The notes under the pieces are model-generated. The model saw nothing but the letters and a program-made list of their open reading frames with translations. It searched no databases and was not told the DNA's origin. Positions 1-8,781 of a stretch of 64,000 bases of DNA are shown in pieces (within the stretch, counting starts at the first letter, position 1; each line of letters starts with the position of its first letter). The DNA comes from a virus (taxonomy: Duplodnaviria > Caudoviricetes): positions 32,001-96,000 of the IMG/VR virus record IMGVR_UViG_3300028833_000061, one strand, 5' to 3'. The position numbers and the translations under genes were made by a program.

Positions 1-30
1 CACCCGAACGTTCTTGAGATTATCCATGAC

Positions 31-588
31 CTACTCCTGAATGGTGACTGCGGTTACCTGGAGGCGGAACTCCTTGTGGATCTCATACACCACGATGTTG
101 CATCCGTTCAGCGCGCGAATGTTGTCGTTGACGTACTTCTTCGTCTCCTCGATCGCCTCGTACTCCTCCGTGACCCAGCTGGGAAGCTGCTGCGTGCGCA
201 GACAGACCTCCTCCTTGGAATCCCAGACGTCGAACGCCCAGCGCGACTTGTAGATGCGCTTGAACGAGCTTGCAGGAGCGGGCTTGACCTCGATGGTCTC
301 CTTTTCGACCGGCTCGGCCTCGTCCATCGCAACCTCTTCCTGCGGACACGGATCAGGCTCGCCATAGTCCGGCTCCTGCCTCTTGGTCCTTCTGACACGA
401 GGTGCTTTCTTTGGCTCCTCCTCGACTGGTGCTCCGTCAGGCATAGGCAGACCGTGCTTCTGGCAGTACTCTGGATCCTGCATAAGCTCGGCCTTGGTTC
501 TGCGGTGGCGCTTCTTGGGCTTCTCGGTATTCTCTGGAGCCACCTGCTCTTCTGTTGTCTCTACGTCGTAGACTGATTTTGCTGACAT
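31..588 (-). CDS. hypothetical protein, Glu/Lys/Pro-rich N-terminus with basic patches (KPKKRHRRTKAEL)
   Basis: 185 aa ORF with an A/C-rich leader before the ATG; codon style matches the neighbouring genes. Confidence 0.7.
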   Translation of the reverse strand: MSAKSVYDVETTEEQVAPENTEKPKKRHRRTKAELMQDPEYCQKHGLPMPDGAPVEEEPKKAPRVRRTKRQEPDYGEPDPCPQEEVAMDEAEPVEKETIEVKPAPASSFKRIYKSRWAFDVWDSKEEVCLRTQQLPSWVTEEYEAIEETKKYVNDNIRALNGCNIVVYEIHKEFRLQVTAVTIQE

Positions 589-1445
589 GTTTGTTGATCG
601 GTTGAGATTTTGGATTTTGCTTCTGCAGGCTTCTTTGCATAGACAGGATGGCCCGCGATCTTTATCGTAGTCACATCTTCCTCTGACTCAACCGAACCGT
701 CAGACAACTCCAGCTTAGCGGCTTGCTTCGCGGCCTTCTCCCTCATGTGATAAATGTGCCGCTTGATCTTCTTCTCTTCCTTCTTATCCTGCAGTGCTTC
801 CTCGTTCCACTTCCAGGCAGGATAGACCTGCGAATACCTGAAGCAAAGCAGCTCGAACTCCTTTGAGCTCAGATGCAGAGTGTTGGCTATGTCGCAGAAC
901 GCCTCGATACGTGGAACAGCCTTGCCGAGCTCCCATCTGCTGATGCACGCCTGTGTCTTCTTGATCTTGATAGCAAGATCGTCCATGGATACGTTCTCGC
1001 GCTCCCTGAGTATACGCAGGAGGCTCCTGAACGGAAGACGATACAGCTCCGGCATCTTCTTGAACCCTGTCTCGACTGTAACGACGTGGACGGTTCCTTC
1101 GATGTCAGCATGGATAGGCGGATGCTCTAGCGACATGCCACCGAGTTCGTAGCCTGGCTCGTTTACGATATCGGCCATGCTGTTCATTGTAAGCTTGACG
1201 CGATCAGGAGTGACGCATTCGCGTGTGTTGATAGTTACTGGTGCGCTGGTAAGAGCCTTGTGCCTTCCAGCAACTCCCTTGTTCCAGTCGTGGTTGACGC
1301 CAACATACGTGCGGGCTCTCTTGCGTGCCGCAATCCTGCCTGACGGAGACGTAGGACGAACATAGGACGCCTGCTCTGCTGCTGCAAGCTTAAGGCACTT
1401 GCTGTAGCTCATGCGGCGGGCTGTTCTGGCTGTGAGGTTGCTCAT
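561..1445 (-). CDS. XRE/Cro-C1 family helix-turn-helix protein
   Basis: LLRILRERENVSMDDLAIKIKKTQACISRWELGKAVPRIEAFCDIANTL is a typical HTH_3 pattern; start moved to MSNLT because a promoter overlaps 1472-1500. Confidence 0.8.
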   Translation of the reverse strand: MSNLTARTARRMSYSKCLKLAAAEQASYVRPTSPSGRIAARKRARTYVGVNHDWNKGVAGRHKALTSAPVTINTRECVTPDRVKLTMNSMADIVNEPGYELGGMSLEHPPIHADIEGTVHVVTVETGFKKMPELYRLPFRSLLRILRERENVSMDDLAIKIKKTQACISRWELGKAVPRIEAFCDIANTLHLSSKEFELLCFRYSQVYPAWKWNEEALQDKKEEKKIKRHIYHMREKAAKQAAKLELSDGSVESEEDVTTIKIAGHPVYAKKPAEAKSKISTDQQTCQQNQSTT

Positions 1446-1471
1446 GTCGTGTAACGTGTGGAACAGGGCGC

Positions 1472-1500
1472 AGTATTGCATAGCGCCCCTTGAATGTCAA
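1472..1500 (-). promoter_or_regulatory. sigma70-like promoter TTGACA-17-AATACT, with the -10 inside a GGGCGC/GCGCCC inverted repeat
   Basis: minus strand TTGACA TTCAAGGGGCGCTATGC AATACT. Confidence 0.55.
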
Positions 1501-1917
1501 ATGATTTTTTCATGGGCCCGATTCGGATTTGTCGTCTACTCTCTTGAACGCTGTTGCAGTGGGGGAGCTCGAGGGGCTTGCCCCTCGTGTTATACGATCC
1601 CCATCAGCGGTTAACGAAGTGGTCGCTGATGTGTCCTTCGTAAGAAGGCAGTGTAACCAGTGTATAATGGCAGTGACCACTACAACACTACAACCGTTGT
1701 TCTGTTGTACAGTTCAACACTATAACAGTTAGGATTTTCAGATGCTCGATCAGAAAATCGTCTTTTTAGTACCCTTTTCGCAGATTTTTGGAAACAAAAA
1801 GTAATGACTTCGACGTACAGACCAGTCAAAAACCTAGTGTTTTGAAGGGTGCATACCGTCGTACACACTACTTATTTTTTCCGTGCATATAACCGCTACA
1901 AGATCAACAGTTAAAGC

Positions 1918-1944
1918 AAAAGCCCCCGGTGTTACCCGGGGGCT
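1918..1944 (-). terminator. intrinsic terminator
   Basis: AGCCCCCGG/CCGGGGGCT stem followed by TTT on the minus strand, just after the stop of 1958..3091. Confidence 0.8.
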
Positions 1945-1957
1945 CTGCTACAGAGAG

Positions 1958-3091
1958 CTAATCCTCTCCGTCAGGTGACGAGAAGTCATCCAGGCCTTGC
2001 AGCCTGAAGACTTCGCCAACGGTGATACCGCCAGCCTTAGGAGCCTCCTTGCGGATATCCCTTGGGACGAATCCTATTCTGCACCAGTAGTGCAGCGGCT
2101 TCTTCGGGTCTCCAAACGACAGGTTGCGCAGATCCTGGGCGTCGTTCACTGAGAATGCAGAGAACTCCTGGACTGCAACGCACACGTCGTCGACACGTCC
2201 TGAATCCAATGCAGTCTCGTACAGACACACATTGAGCTGCGGATTCTGCGTCTGGATGCGATTGATGGCCATTATAGATGGATCGACTCCTTCCACGTCA
2301 AACGGGACCGGCTCCCCTTTCTTTTCTCTTGAGATGTCGATAATAAGCGGAGCTATCATGGAGAACTTTTTAGGAGTGTCGCTCAGCTGCTCCATCTTGA
2401 TCGAATCCTTTATCATGGACTCCCAGGTGGAAGACCACACAAGGTCACGATCGGAGAGCCTCCACCTCTGTGCGGAGATCCACTTTAGTTGCTGGTGGCA
2501 GCGAGGACACTCGACATCCATATCTGTGAGATCCTTGAGCCCTTTGATGACAGTCTTCTCGTCGCCCTTATAAACCGCTACAGTGCGCTTCATATTCTTG
2601 CCGTTGATTTCCGTCTCGATTTCCTTGTTCACCGTGTTGGCGAACAGGACATCTTTGACGGTACGCACGATTGTGCCGCAACTCGGGCAGTTGCACCTCG
2701 CCGACGGTACGCTGACAAGACAAGGTCCACGAACCAAACTGACTCGCACTTTCCCTTCGAACTTGCTTTCCTTCGTCTTCTCGTCGTAGGTATAGCGCTC
2801 GAATTCGAGCTTTCTACGGGGACACGTAAGAACAACCTCATGGACGCTGTAGTCTTCGGTTTTGGAAGAGACGACGAGGTATCCTCTGATACCGGCTCCC
2901 TCGCTAGTCTCGACATGGAGCTTGCCCTTGGAATCTTTCGCCGACCGGATGTCGGTAAAGCCAAGATGACGAACTCCCTTATCTGCTGAATCGCTTCCTG
3001 GATACTTGCTATAAGGCATCACAAGGCAGCATGTAGCAGGCCCATGGTCCTGCAGGAACCCGCCAGGTTGGCGGTTCTTTTTGTTTTTCAT
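1958..3091 (-). CDS. hypothetical protein with zinc-ribbon motifs (CPSC, CPRC)
   Basis: 377 aa ORF with an A/C-rich leader (CAAACAAAAACAAACAAAAATG) and its own terminator. Confidence 0.75.
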   Translation of the reverse strand: MKNKKNRQPGGFLQDHGPATCCLVMPYSKYPGSDSADKGVRHLGFTDIRSAKDSKGKLHVETSEGAGIRGYLVVSSKTEDYSVHEVVLTCPRRKLEFERYTYDEKTKESKFEGKVRVSLVRGPCLVSVPSARCNCPSCGTIVRTVKDVLFANTVNKEIETEINGKNMKRTVAVYKGDEKTVIKGLKDLTDMDVECPRCHQQLKWISAQRWRLSDRDLVWSSTWESMIKDSIKMEQLSDTPKKFSMIAPLIIDISREKKGEPVPFDVEGVDPSIMAINRIQTQNPQLNVCLYETALDSGRVDDVCVAVQEFSAFSVNDAQDLRNLSFGDPKKPLHYWCRIGFVPRDIRKEAPKAGGITVGEVFRLQGLDDFSSPDGED

Positions 3092-3114
3092 TTTTGTTTG
3101 TTTTTGTTTGCACT

Positions 3115-3188
3115 CTCAGCCTAACCTAGAGAAAGCTGCCACGGCTAAGAAGGATGACAGCCCGGGAGAATGCTAGGTTACATCTCCC
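3115..3188 (-). ncRNA. putative structured 5' leader (four interlocking helices)
   Basis: pairings TAACCTAG/CTAGGTTA, GCTGTCA/TGGCAGC, GGGAGATG/CATTCTCCC, CTTAGCC/GGCTGAG; the mismatches are G-U pairs on the minus strand. Confidence 0.45.
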
Positions 3189-3218
3189 AATTAGTTATAA
3201 CGCAATTAGTTTGTATAA

Positions 3219-3452
3219 TTACGGCATGACAAGCCTGCCGGGTCGTGTTCTTCCGTTATACTCGTAATAACAACCCGTGGCGGCGTGTCTTTCATTTTCG
3301 GTGTAAAGATATTCGATAGGATCCTCTTCGATACATTCGCTTGCAGGAAACTTGTAACCCTGGTTTCCTACAAGCGCCTCGTGCTTCATGTTCATCATCA
3401 GGCATAATTGATGACGCTGTGCGTAATAGTATATTCTTCCGGCCTCAATCAT
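3219..3452 (-). CDS. small ORF at the distal end of the array (membership weak)
   Basis: MIEAGRIYY...ENER; overlaps the preceding ORF. Confidence 0.55.
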   Translation of the reverse strand: MIEAGRIYYYAQRHQLCLMMNMKHEALVGNQGYKFPASECIEEDPIEYLYTENERHAATGCYYEYNGRTRPGRLVMP

Positions 3453-3672
3453 AGTAGAATGGCTCCATTTCGAAACCGCACCATCGCGTGTGGTTTCTTT
3501 CCTCCTCGAACGGTTTCCTGTTCAAGGTTCCAGTAAGCACAAACAGCCTGTCGTAGCTCGAGATCCATTTTGTACGCACTAGAAGAATGTTCGATGCACC
3601 GTAGCGCTCTGCGTTGTATTTGTATACTGCCTCTCGCAGCTTTGACATGTCGTCTCTAGATGACTTAATCAT
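3445..3672 (-). CDS. array small protein (paralogue of 3665..3898)
   Basis: MIKSSR...KPFEEER...GFEMEPFYYD. Confidence 0.75.
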   Translation of the reverse strand: MIKSSRDDMSKLREAVYKYNAERYGASNILLVRTKWISSYDRLFVLTGTLNRKPFEEERNHTRWCGFEMEPFYYD

Positions 3673-3898
3673 AGAACGGCTCCAGCGCGAATCCGTGTCC
3701 CTTTGTAAACATCCTTTCCTGTTCGAACGGTTTTCCGCTGAGAGAGTTGGACAGCACGTATGAGCGTCTGTTGCTGAACACGTAGCTGAACATCCACGCG
3801 GGATGTATCAGAACGTTTGCGCACCTATTTCTAGAAGCGGCGAATTTATAGAACGCCTCGCCCAATATCGAAAATTTCTGCCTTGACGCCACCATCAT
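3665..3898 (-). CDS. array small protein
   Basis: MMVASR...KPFEQER...GFALEPFYD. Confidence 0.75.
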   Translation of the reverse strand: MMVASRQKFSILGEAFYKFAASRNRCANVLIHPAWMFSYVFSNRRSYVLSNSLSGKPFEQERMFTKGHGFALEPFYD

Positions 3899-4137
3899 CT
3901 CGTCATATCTATGCCTGTGAACACGTATCTTGAACTTGCATCGAACCTGCGCTCGTTAGGGCACAGCATGCAGTTCTTGAGAACAGTCTTAGGACTGTAC
4001 GGACCATAGTGCGGAGGACTATAAGGAGAAGGATAGTACTTTCTTCCCATCCTAAGACCAGGATATGCCAGCTTTGTGATGCTGTCGTGGGCCGCTCGCA
4101 TCATCTCTAAGTAATGCCTTGCATCTATGTGTCTCAT
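3895..4137 (-). CDS. array small protein
   Basis: MRHIDARHY...CPNERRF; ATGA overlap. Confidence 0.65.
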   Translation of the reverse strand: MRHIDARHYLEMMRAAHDSITKLAYPGLRMGRKYYPSPYSPPHYGPYSPKTVLKNCMLCPNERRFDASSRYVFTGIDMTR

Positions 4138-4403
4138 CAGTAGAATTGTTTTGATCTTTTACTGCCTGGATACCAGGCACCGAGACCGCAGATCGAACAA
4201 CCGTTGATGTCGTTATCTCGTTCAGCTCTGAACGGATGTGTATTCCTTAGAACGCCTTCAGGGTCTATTGGGCCATGTATAGTATTACCGAACAATCCAA
4301 GACTAGTAGGCCCAAGATGAAGGTACGGCGATACGATCTTGTCCACCGCTATGTATGTAGATTCCAGTTTTTGTTCAACATACCATCGCGTAATCCATCT
4401 CAT
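4137..4403 (-). CDS. array small protein
   Basis: MRWITRWY...HPFRAER; AGGAGG Shine-Dalgarno upstream. Confidence 0.65.
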   Translation of the reverse strand: MRWITRWYVEQKLESTYIAVDKIVSPYLHLGPTSLGLFGNTIHGPIDPEGVLRNTHPFRAERDNDINGCSICGLGAWYPGSKRSKQFY

Positions 4404-4411
4404 ACAACCTC

Positions 4412-4609
4412 CTATCTTCCGTACGCCCATCCTGAGCTGTTCACACGTCTTTCGACGTTGAACGGATGGACTATCCTGTCCTTGTCGTTGCCTACCGTGT
4501 TCCGTCGTCTGATCTGACCGAACTTGAGCAGGAGTTCAGTGTTGTCCCGATATATCATTCCAAGCCACCTGAGCTCTCCTGCAAGGCACCATCTTTTGAT
4601 TCTGCTCAT
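4412..4609 (-). CDS. array small protein
   Basis: MSRIKRW...HPFNVERR; ATGA overlap. Confidence 0.65.
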   Translation of the reverse strand: MSRIKRWCLAGELRWLGMIYRDNTELLLKFGQIRRRNTVGNDKDRIVHPFNVERRVNSSGWAYGR

Positions 4610-4839
4610 GAGAATATGCAGTCCATACTCTCTGCGCTGTATCTGTGCTTCACGTGCGGGAAATGAATATGGAAATTGAATATCTCTGCACGCTCGTCGT
4701 GCATAGGCCTGTAGTCAGGCCATGCTCCAGTGAGCGCGAATGGATTCATCAGAAACCAGTGCTTCAACTCATCTACGCCATACATTAGTGAGGCGTATTT
4801 AACGTGCAAGTAGTACTCGCTTCTGTATGCTCGTTTCAT
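4606..4839 (-). CDS. array small protein
   Basis: MKRAYRSEY...RPMHDER; start set at the ATGA overlap 4836-4839. Confidence 0.65.
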   Translation of the reverse strand: MKRAYRSEYYLHVKYASLMYGVDELKHWFLMNPFALTGAWPDYRPMHDERAEIFNFHIHFPHVKHRYSAESMDCIFS

Positions 4840-5084
4840 GCTAGTTGTATCGGCTTGTAGCGCTCTCCGGCGAAGAACCAGGTCTTGAGCTTGTCGTTCC
4901 AAGGATACTTGTAGATCCTCATGAACTGCTGGCGCTCCGTCTTCACCGGGTTGTGTATCGCTGCTGGCATGATTGGATACCTGCATCCGTCGAACTCCAA
5001 AAGCGTTTGTTCGCAGAAGGGTATGACTTCTATTCTAGTCAGCCTCTCCTGCTGGAACAGAAATCTCCTGGTTATACCAACCAT
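4836..5084 (-). CDS. array small protein
   Basis: MVGITRRF...HNPVKTERQQF. Confidence 0.7.
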   Translation of the reverse strand: MVGITRRFLFQQERLTRIEVIPFCEQTLLEFDGCRYPIMPAAIHNPVKTERQQFMRIYKYPWNDKLKTWFFAGERYKPIQLA

Positions 5085-5094
5085 CTGATTCCTT

Positions 5095-5343
5095 TCAGTT
5101 GAATTGTCTTATGTCGAAGCATCCGTTCTCGAACCAGCAGTACGGCCACTCCGCTTCTCGATCCCCCTCCATCTTTTTACGTATATATGAAGCAAAGTGG
5201 CGTCTTTCAGCATTGAACGGATGTCTTGTGATGGCCGGGATGGTGTCGGCTGGAGGCTCTATTATAAGATATGCCTGCCCGCTTACTCCACGAGGACAAA
5301 ACCTGTGGACGTAATTGAAGAAGCCCCTGTCTGATTTAATCAT
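5095..5343 (-). CDS. array small protein
   Basis: MIKSDRGF...RHPFNAERRHF. Confidence 0.7.
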   Translation of the reverse strand: MIKSDRGFFNYVHRFCPRGVSGQAYLIIEPPADTIPAITRHPFNAERRHFASYIRKKMEGDREAEWPYCWFENGCFDIRQFN

Positions 5344-5573
5344 AGGCAGAGCCTCATTTCACGTTTGGCATGCCCGGTGTAAACGAAGTCATATGCGTAC
5401 GTAACCGCAATCCTGAATGCCCTGCGCTCGTATCTGATGAAATCCCCGATCATGTGCGAATCCTTCTCCGGCCATCTGGCAGGAGGTATACGCATCAGGG
5501 CCATCTCGTTCCACTGCTCGCGCCTGACGTATCCAAGCTGCCAATTCCACGTCTTCCTTTCAAGGCCGATCAT
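5340..5573 (-). CDS. array small protein
   Basis: MIGLERKTW...FIRYERRAF. Confidence 0.7.
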   Translation of the reverse strand: MIGLERKTWNWQLGYVRREQWNEMALMRIPPARWPEKDSHMIGDFIRYERRAFRIAVTYAYDFVYTGHAKREMRLCL

Positions 5574-5797
5574 TTGAACTTGCCTCTAAGCTTTCCGCAC
5601 AGCGGCCCGTATACGTGGCCGCCGTGTATCTTCTGCATCTTAACGCCGGCACGTTCGTCGTTCATCGGATGGTACGGGTCGCCTCCCATCCAGTAGTCCT
5701 CTTCTGGCCACAGGCATTTCCTGTCAAAGCGTCTTGCTGCATCAAGCCGCGTAATTCTGTATGCCTGAAACAGATACTTCTTCTTCAGGTAAATCAT
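5570..5797 (-). CDS. array small protein
   Basis: MIYLKKKY...HPMNDER...FK*. Confidence 0.7.
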   Translation of the reverse strand: MIYLKKKYLFQAYRITRLDAARRFDRKCLWPEEDYWMGGDPYHPMNDERAGVKMQKIHGGHVYGPLCGKLRGKFK

Positions 5798-6021
5798 TTA
5801 AGATCCTTTGTGTTGTATGTCATTCCGCACACCCTGTAAAATTTGTTCAATGTCCTGTAATGCAGTCTTTCATATGTCTCAGGTTGCGGGAATATCGGTA
5901 GCATGTAAGTATTTTCGTTTCGATACGAGTTTCCGAAATACGTCCTGATTATCTCTATTCTGCTTGTGTTGAATACCGAGTGGTACGAACGGTACAGCCT
6001 TTCTCTCGATGCGAATATCAT
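5794..6021 (-). CDS. array small protein
   Basis: MIFASRERLY...PQPETYERLHY...LK*. Confidence 0.7.
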   Translation of the reverse strand: MIFASRERLYRSYHSVFNTSRIEIIRTYFGNSYRNENTYMLPIFPQPETYERLHYRTLNKFYRVCGMTYNTKDLK

Positions 6022-6045
6022 TCAAGCCTCCTTGCCAGCCCAGCC

Positions 6046-6231
6046 TCATCTGAACATCGACAACCGTATAGGATTTACACGCTCTTGCTCGTAAGGACGC
6101 CAATCGAACATTGTACGAGACAAGTACGGTGCCCTGCTGTATCCGAATACCGCAGGCGCCCTCTTGAGATCGTATGTTGCAAGAAGCGCCCTGTGATTGC
6201 GTGCGTGTATGTATCTTCTTGACGTCTTCAT
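6046..6231 (-). CDS. array small protein (triplet subfamily)
   Basis: YDLKRAPAVFGYSRAPY...DWRPYEQER...FR*. Confidence 0.7.
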   Translation of the reverse strand: MKTSRRYIHARNHRALLATYDLKRAPAVFGYSRAPYLSRTMFDWRPYEQERVNPIRLSMFR

Positions 6232-6404
6232 TTGAACCAACCTGCGTGCGCACGCCTGTCTGCGTCGAACGGACGCCAGTCGACAATCGTTGCGATTCTA
6301 GGAACCTTGTCGAATCCGAAGAGGTACCAGCTCTTTTTCCAGTCATACGATATGACTAGCGACTGGTGATACCTGCGGTGGATGTGCCTTCTTGCCAGCC
6401 TCAT
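6228..6404 (-). CDS. array small protein (triplet subfamily)
   Basis: MRLARRH...YDWKKSWYLFGFDKVP...DWRPFDADRR...FK*. Confidence 0.7.
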   Translation of the reverse strand: MRLARRHIHRRYHQSLVISYDWKKSWYLFGFDKVPRIATIVDWRPFDADRRAHAGWFK

Positions 6405-6583
6405 TTGAACGTTCCGTCCATTCTTACGCAGATTCTTTCGATACTCTGTGGCCTGTAGTCCCTTAGCATACTGATGTAAGGCACTTTGTCGTACCCAAAT
6501 ATGACGGGTGCGTTCTTGACGTCGCATGACCACATCATCCACCTTAGATACATGTGGTATGTGCGTCTTATTGCCAGCCTCAT
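6401..6583 (-). CDS. array small protein (triplet subfamily)
   Basis: MRLAIRR...DVKNAPVIFGYDKVPY...DYRPQSIER...FK*. Confidence 0.7.
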   Translation of the reverse strand: MRLAIRRTYHMYLRWMMWSCDVKNAPVIFGYDKVPYISMLRDYRPQSIERICVRMDGTFK

Positions 6584-6801
6584 TTGTACCTCGACACCCT
6601 ATACGTTGTTCCACGGAACACAGCCCAGCATTCATGCCGTCTCTTCGCCTCGGCAAGCCTGTCTCTCTCGTCTCTTACAATGTGTTTCGGATACGAGTGG
6701 TGGTTTGGTTTGATTCTAAGTTTTGCGCAAGAATCGTAATCAACTACGCCAATCTCCCAGTTAAGCTCATGTCGATACATATACCTTTTGAAGTTTATCA
6801 T
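6580..6801 (-). CDS. array small protein
   Basis: MINFKRYMY...HIVRDER...YK*. Confidence 0.7.
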   Translation of the reverse strand: MINFKRYMYRHELNWEIGVVDYDSCAKLRIKPNHHSYPKHIVRDERDRLAEAKRRHECWAVFRGTTYRVSRYK

Positions 6802-7040
6802 CTGTACTTAAGGTAGTATTCCTCGTCATTCTTAGGCGCTCCCGGATCTATACAGTTTATATATCCAAATGTTCCGTGAATAGCCTCCCAGCGCTCAGCT
6901 CTGAACGGCCTGTAAGGATTTATAATGTGCGCATCGTTGTACAGCCTTAGCTTCGTCTGTGAATTCCAATTGCAGTCACTTGTATACTGAAGGCTGTCGT
7001 GCAGCTTTCTATGCCAATTGATTCTAGTAAGCATTATCAT
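6798..7040 (-). CDS. array small protein
   Basis: MIMLTRINW...RPFRAERW...YR*. Confidence 0.7.
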   Translation of the reverse strand: MIMLTRINWHRKLHDSLQYTSDCNWNSQTKLRLYNDAHIINPYRPFRAERWEAIHGTFGYINCIDPGAPKNDEEYYLKYR

Positions 7041-7267
7041 TTGAAGTCGCTCACTCTCCTTAGTATGCCGTCGTACCAGAACCATCGATGGTCTGTACGA
7101 AACGAATCCCGATAAGCCGAGCAATTCAGGCTCTCACGTTCGCCGCACGGAGCATTGTCTATGTACGTGAACGTCCTGGACGGATCCTGCAAATGTGCCT
7201 TGCACAAGTCAAGATCCTTGTATCCATAGAATCCACGAGTGTATCTTGGTCTTGTGTAGCCTATCAT
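7037..7267 (-). CDS. array small protein
   Basis: MIGYTRPRY...APCGER...FK*. Confidence 0.7.
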   Translation of the reverse strand: MIGYTRPRYTRGFYGYKDLDLCKAHLQDPSRTFTYIDNAPCGERESLNCSAYRDSFRTDHRWFWYDGILRRVSDFK

Positions 7268-7470
7268 ATGTAGTTACCTGGTGATATGTTGTGGGTCTTA
7301 ATACTACAAAAGTGATCCCTTTCGTACGTCACAGGATTCGGATGCCACGACGGTTCGTTCAAAATCAGGATGCTCCTAAGGCCCAGCTTGAATTCATCGT
7401 CCTTCTTGTTCGTTATACTCCTGAAGTATCCAAGCCTGAACGCGTACCCGCGCCTACGCCATACGATCAT
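7264..7470 (-). CDS. array small protein
   Basis: MIVWRRRGY...PNPVTYERDHF. Confidence 0.7.
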   Translation of the reverse strand: MIVWRRRGYAFRLGYFRSITNKKDDEFKLGLRSILILNEPSWHPNPVTYERDHFCSIKTHNISPGNYI

Positions 7471-7676
7471 GAGTCATAGCGGAATGGCCACAGCTTGAGG
7501 CGGTGTTTCCGCAGCTCTTCCTTGTTCTTGAACAGCACGCGCTCGTCCTCGGTAGGAGTCCAGTTGGAATATGACTTGTACTGATCGACGATGTACGCCG
7601 CCTCGCACGTGCACGGCTTTCTTTTTTTCTCGGTCTTTAACGCGGCGAAATATTGCCATCTGCTACAGTTTATCAT
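7467..7676 (-). CDS. array small protein
   Basis: MINCSRWQY...TPTEDERVLF. Confidence 0.7.
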   Translation of the reverse strand: MINCSRWQYFAALKTEKKRKPCTCEAAYIVDQYKSYSNWTPTEDERVLFKNKEELRKHRLKLWPFRYDS

Positions 7677-7861
7677 TTGTATTGGTACAGGTCATGATGC
7701 CACTGGAATCGTAGCCGCTCGTAATATATTACGCCCGGCAGGTGAATCTTGTAGGACTTCTTTGTAAGCAGATCCAGAAGTTCCCGATCGTTGATGTTTT
7801 TCGTGGATTCGTTGGCTTCCTTCAGGTCGACAAGATAGTCCCATCTGTTGTACTTTATCAT
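7673..7861 (-). CDS. array small protein
   Basis: MIKYNRWDY...PGVIYYERLRF...YK*. Confidence 0.7.
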   Translation of the reverse strand: MIKYNRWDYLVDLKEANESTKNINDRELLDLLTKKSYKIHLPGVIYYERLRFQWHHDLYQYK

Positions 7862-8106
7862 GTGAACATGCTCGTAGGTTTCCACCTTATCCACGAGCCG
7901 GCCATAAGCAGCCCGCATCTTCTGCGGTATGCATCATCGTCGATAGCTGCATTTAGATACTTGCGCTCTTCGCTGAATATGTCCTTTGGCGGTATAACAC
8001 TGACGAATCTGGAACACTTGTGCCTCTCTATCGCATAGTCGCTTTCTATGTGCCTTCCCTCGAACAAGAAGTCTATTTCATACTTGTGCCTGGTGTAGTT
8101 GATCAT
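7858..8106 (-). CDS. array small protein
   Basis: MINYTRHKY...PPKDIFSEERKY. Confidence 0.7.
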   Translation of the reverse strand: MINYTRHKYEIDFLFEGRHIESDYAIERHKCSRFVSVIPPKDIFSEERKYLNAAIDDDAYRRRCGLLMAGSWIRWKPTSMFT

Positions 8107-8330
8107 TTAAATATGCTCCTTGAGATCCACTCGTCGTATAGTCCGAGGGCAGGAAACCAGCCGATGACACGCATCCTTTCGTAGACCCTTATGAATTCCG
8201 TCCTCTCGTACCTGTCCGGGTATGGCGCGCTTGGCATACTTATGTGGTCTATATTCCACTTAAGGTCGACACGCTCGCACAGTGCAATCTCGTAGCCCTC
8301 GTAGTAACGTCGCCTGCTTACGTTGATCAT
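8103..8330 (-). CDS. array small protein
   Basis: MINVSRRRY...PYPDRYERTEF...FK*. Confidence 0.7.
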   Translation of the reverse strand: MINVSRRRYYEGYEIALCERVDLKWNIDHISMPSAPYPDRYERTEFIRVYERMRVIGWFPALGLYDEWISRSIFK

Positions 8331-8539
8331 TTTATCAAGTCCATCCAGCAGTAATTGCCGTAGAACCACAGGCACGGCTTGTCGGTGTGTACCATAGAGT
8401 TCAGCCTGCGTCTCTCGCTCTTGTCTGGATTTTCTTCTATGTATCTTTTTCCTCGCGTAGGCCACGACACGTGACTGCAGTAGTATTTCACTGTATTCTC
8501 GTGACCGGTCAAGTAGGATGCTCTGTGAATGTTGATCAT
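8327..8539 (-). CDS. array small protein
   Basis: MINIHRASY...NPDKSERRR...IK*. Confidence 0.7.
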   Translation of the reverse strand: MINIHRASYLTGHENTVKYYCSHVSWPTRGKRYIEENPDKSERRRLNSMVHTDKPCLWFYGNYCWMDLIK

Positions 8540-8781
8540 CTTATGTCCCTATAATTTACATCGTACGCACGCACAGACAGAGGAGGCGGCGGCGAAACAT
8601 GCAGGTACGCGATCATGTCATTGTATCCGTGGATCCTGTCCCTCTCGTAGCTGTCTGGCTTTCCAGGGAACCTGAAAGTTCCAAAGTCATAGAATTCACT
8701 GTCGAACAGACGAGGATGTGCCCTGCTTCTGATGACCATTTCAAGCATGTCCAGGTACTGTTGCTTTCCGAAGTTTATCAT
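8536..8781 (-). CDS. array small protein (close paralogue of 8778..9005)
   Basis: MINFGKQQY...RAHPRLFD...GKPDSYERDRI...IR*. Confidence 0.8.
   Translation of the reverse strand: MINFGKQQYLDMLEMVIRSRAHPRLFDSEFYDFGTFRFPGKPDSYERDRIHGYNDMIAYLHVSPPPPLSVRAYDVNYRDIR

Noticed and set aside
3115-3188. HDV-like or hammerhead ribozyme
   Set aside because: No P3/L3 element between P2 and P1 and no CUGAUGA/GAAA core; kept only as a generic structured leader.
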